Part shown: piece after piece, positions 63,902-64,000 of the stretch
Layout: each line of letters starts with the position of its first letter
How positions within the stretch are numbered: position 1 is the first letter of the stretch
Origin: an uncultured delta proteobacterium
GTDB lineage: Bacteria; Myxococcota_A; Polyangia; Polyangiales; Polyangiaceae
Direction of reading: 5' to 3'
DNA: 64,000 bases
NCBI GenBank assembly: GCA_963696385.1
Contig: CAVOKF010000004.1
Location: 1,088,001-1,152,000 of the forward strand
Notes under the pieces: generated by a model
Seen by the model: only the letters and a program-made list of their open reading frames with translations
Databases searched by the model: none
Told to the model about the DNA's origin: nothing
Position numbers and translations under genes: made by a program

Positions 63902-64000
63902 CCTGAAGTTCCTGAACCAAAATCGCCGAAGTTCGCGATCTTGCTGTGGAATCGGCAAAATTGACCCGAAATGTAGGCATGTAAACAGATAGAAATAGCT

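Overview
GC-rich accessory region. The gene repertoire (TonB-fused TonB-dependent receptor, FHA-sigma54 activator, KaiC-like/two-component operons) suggests a myxobacterium (Myxococcota, probably Polyangiales); this is an inference. About 1-23 kb holds transport, signalling and envelope genes, several broken by internal deletions. About 24-60 kb is dense with mobile DNA: IS630 plus three copies of a related 100-bp MITE, ISAzo13 and IS5/IS1182-type fragments, an rve-integrase IS, a ParB-carrying IS21-like element, an IS91-like HUH transposase, IS66, two IS4 copies, ICE remnants, several toxin-antitoxin pairs and an orphan DGR-type variable region. The most notable structure is a family of ~110-bp repeats at 47.6-60.1 kb (at least 8 sites, both orientations). 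Each has a dif/Xer-like 28-bp core: conserved 11-bp arms ending ...CCCCTAA and starting (A/T)TATGT..., with a variable 6-bp spacer. The sites delimit modules of one or two genes (HUH transposase, PemK-like toxin pair, SIR2-like gene, Zn-ribbon/OB-fold gene), and an IS4 element sits in the same register of the core at three junctions. This resembles a pdif-like gene-cassette array. Many single-base frameshifts are probably long-read assembly errors. All calls come from reading motifs by eye; no searches were run.
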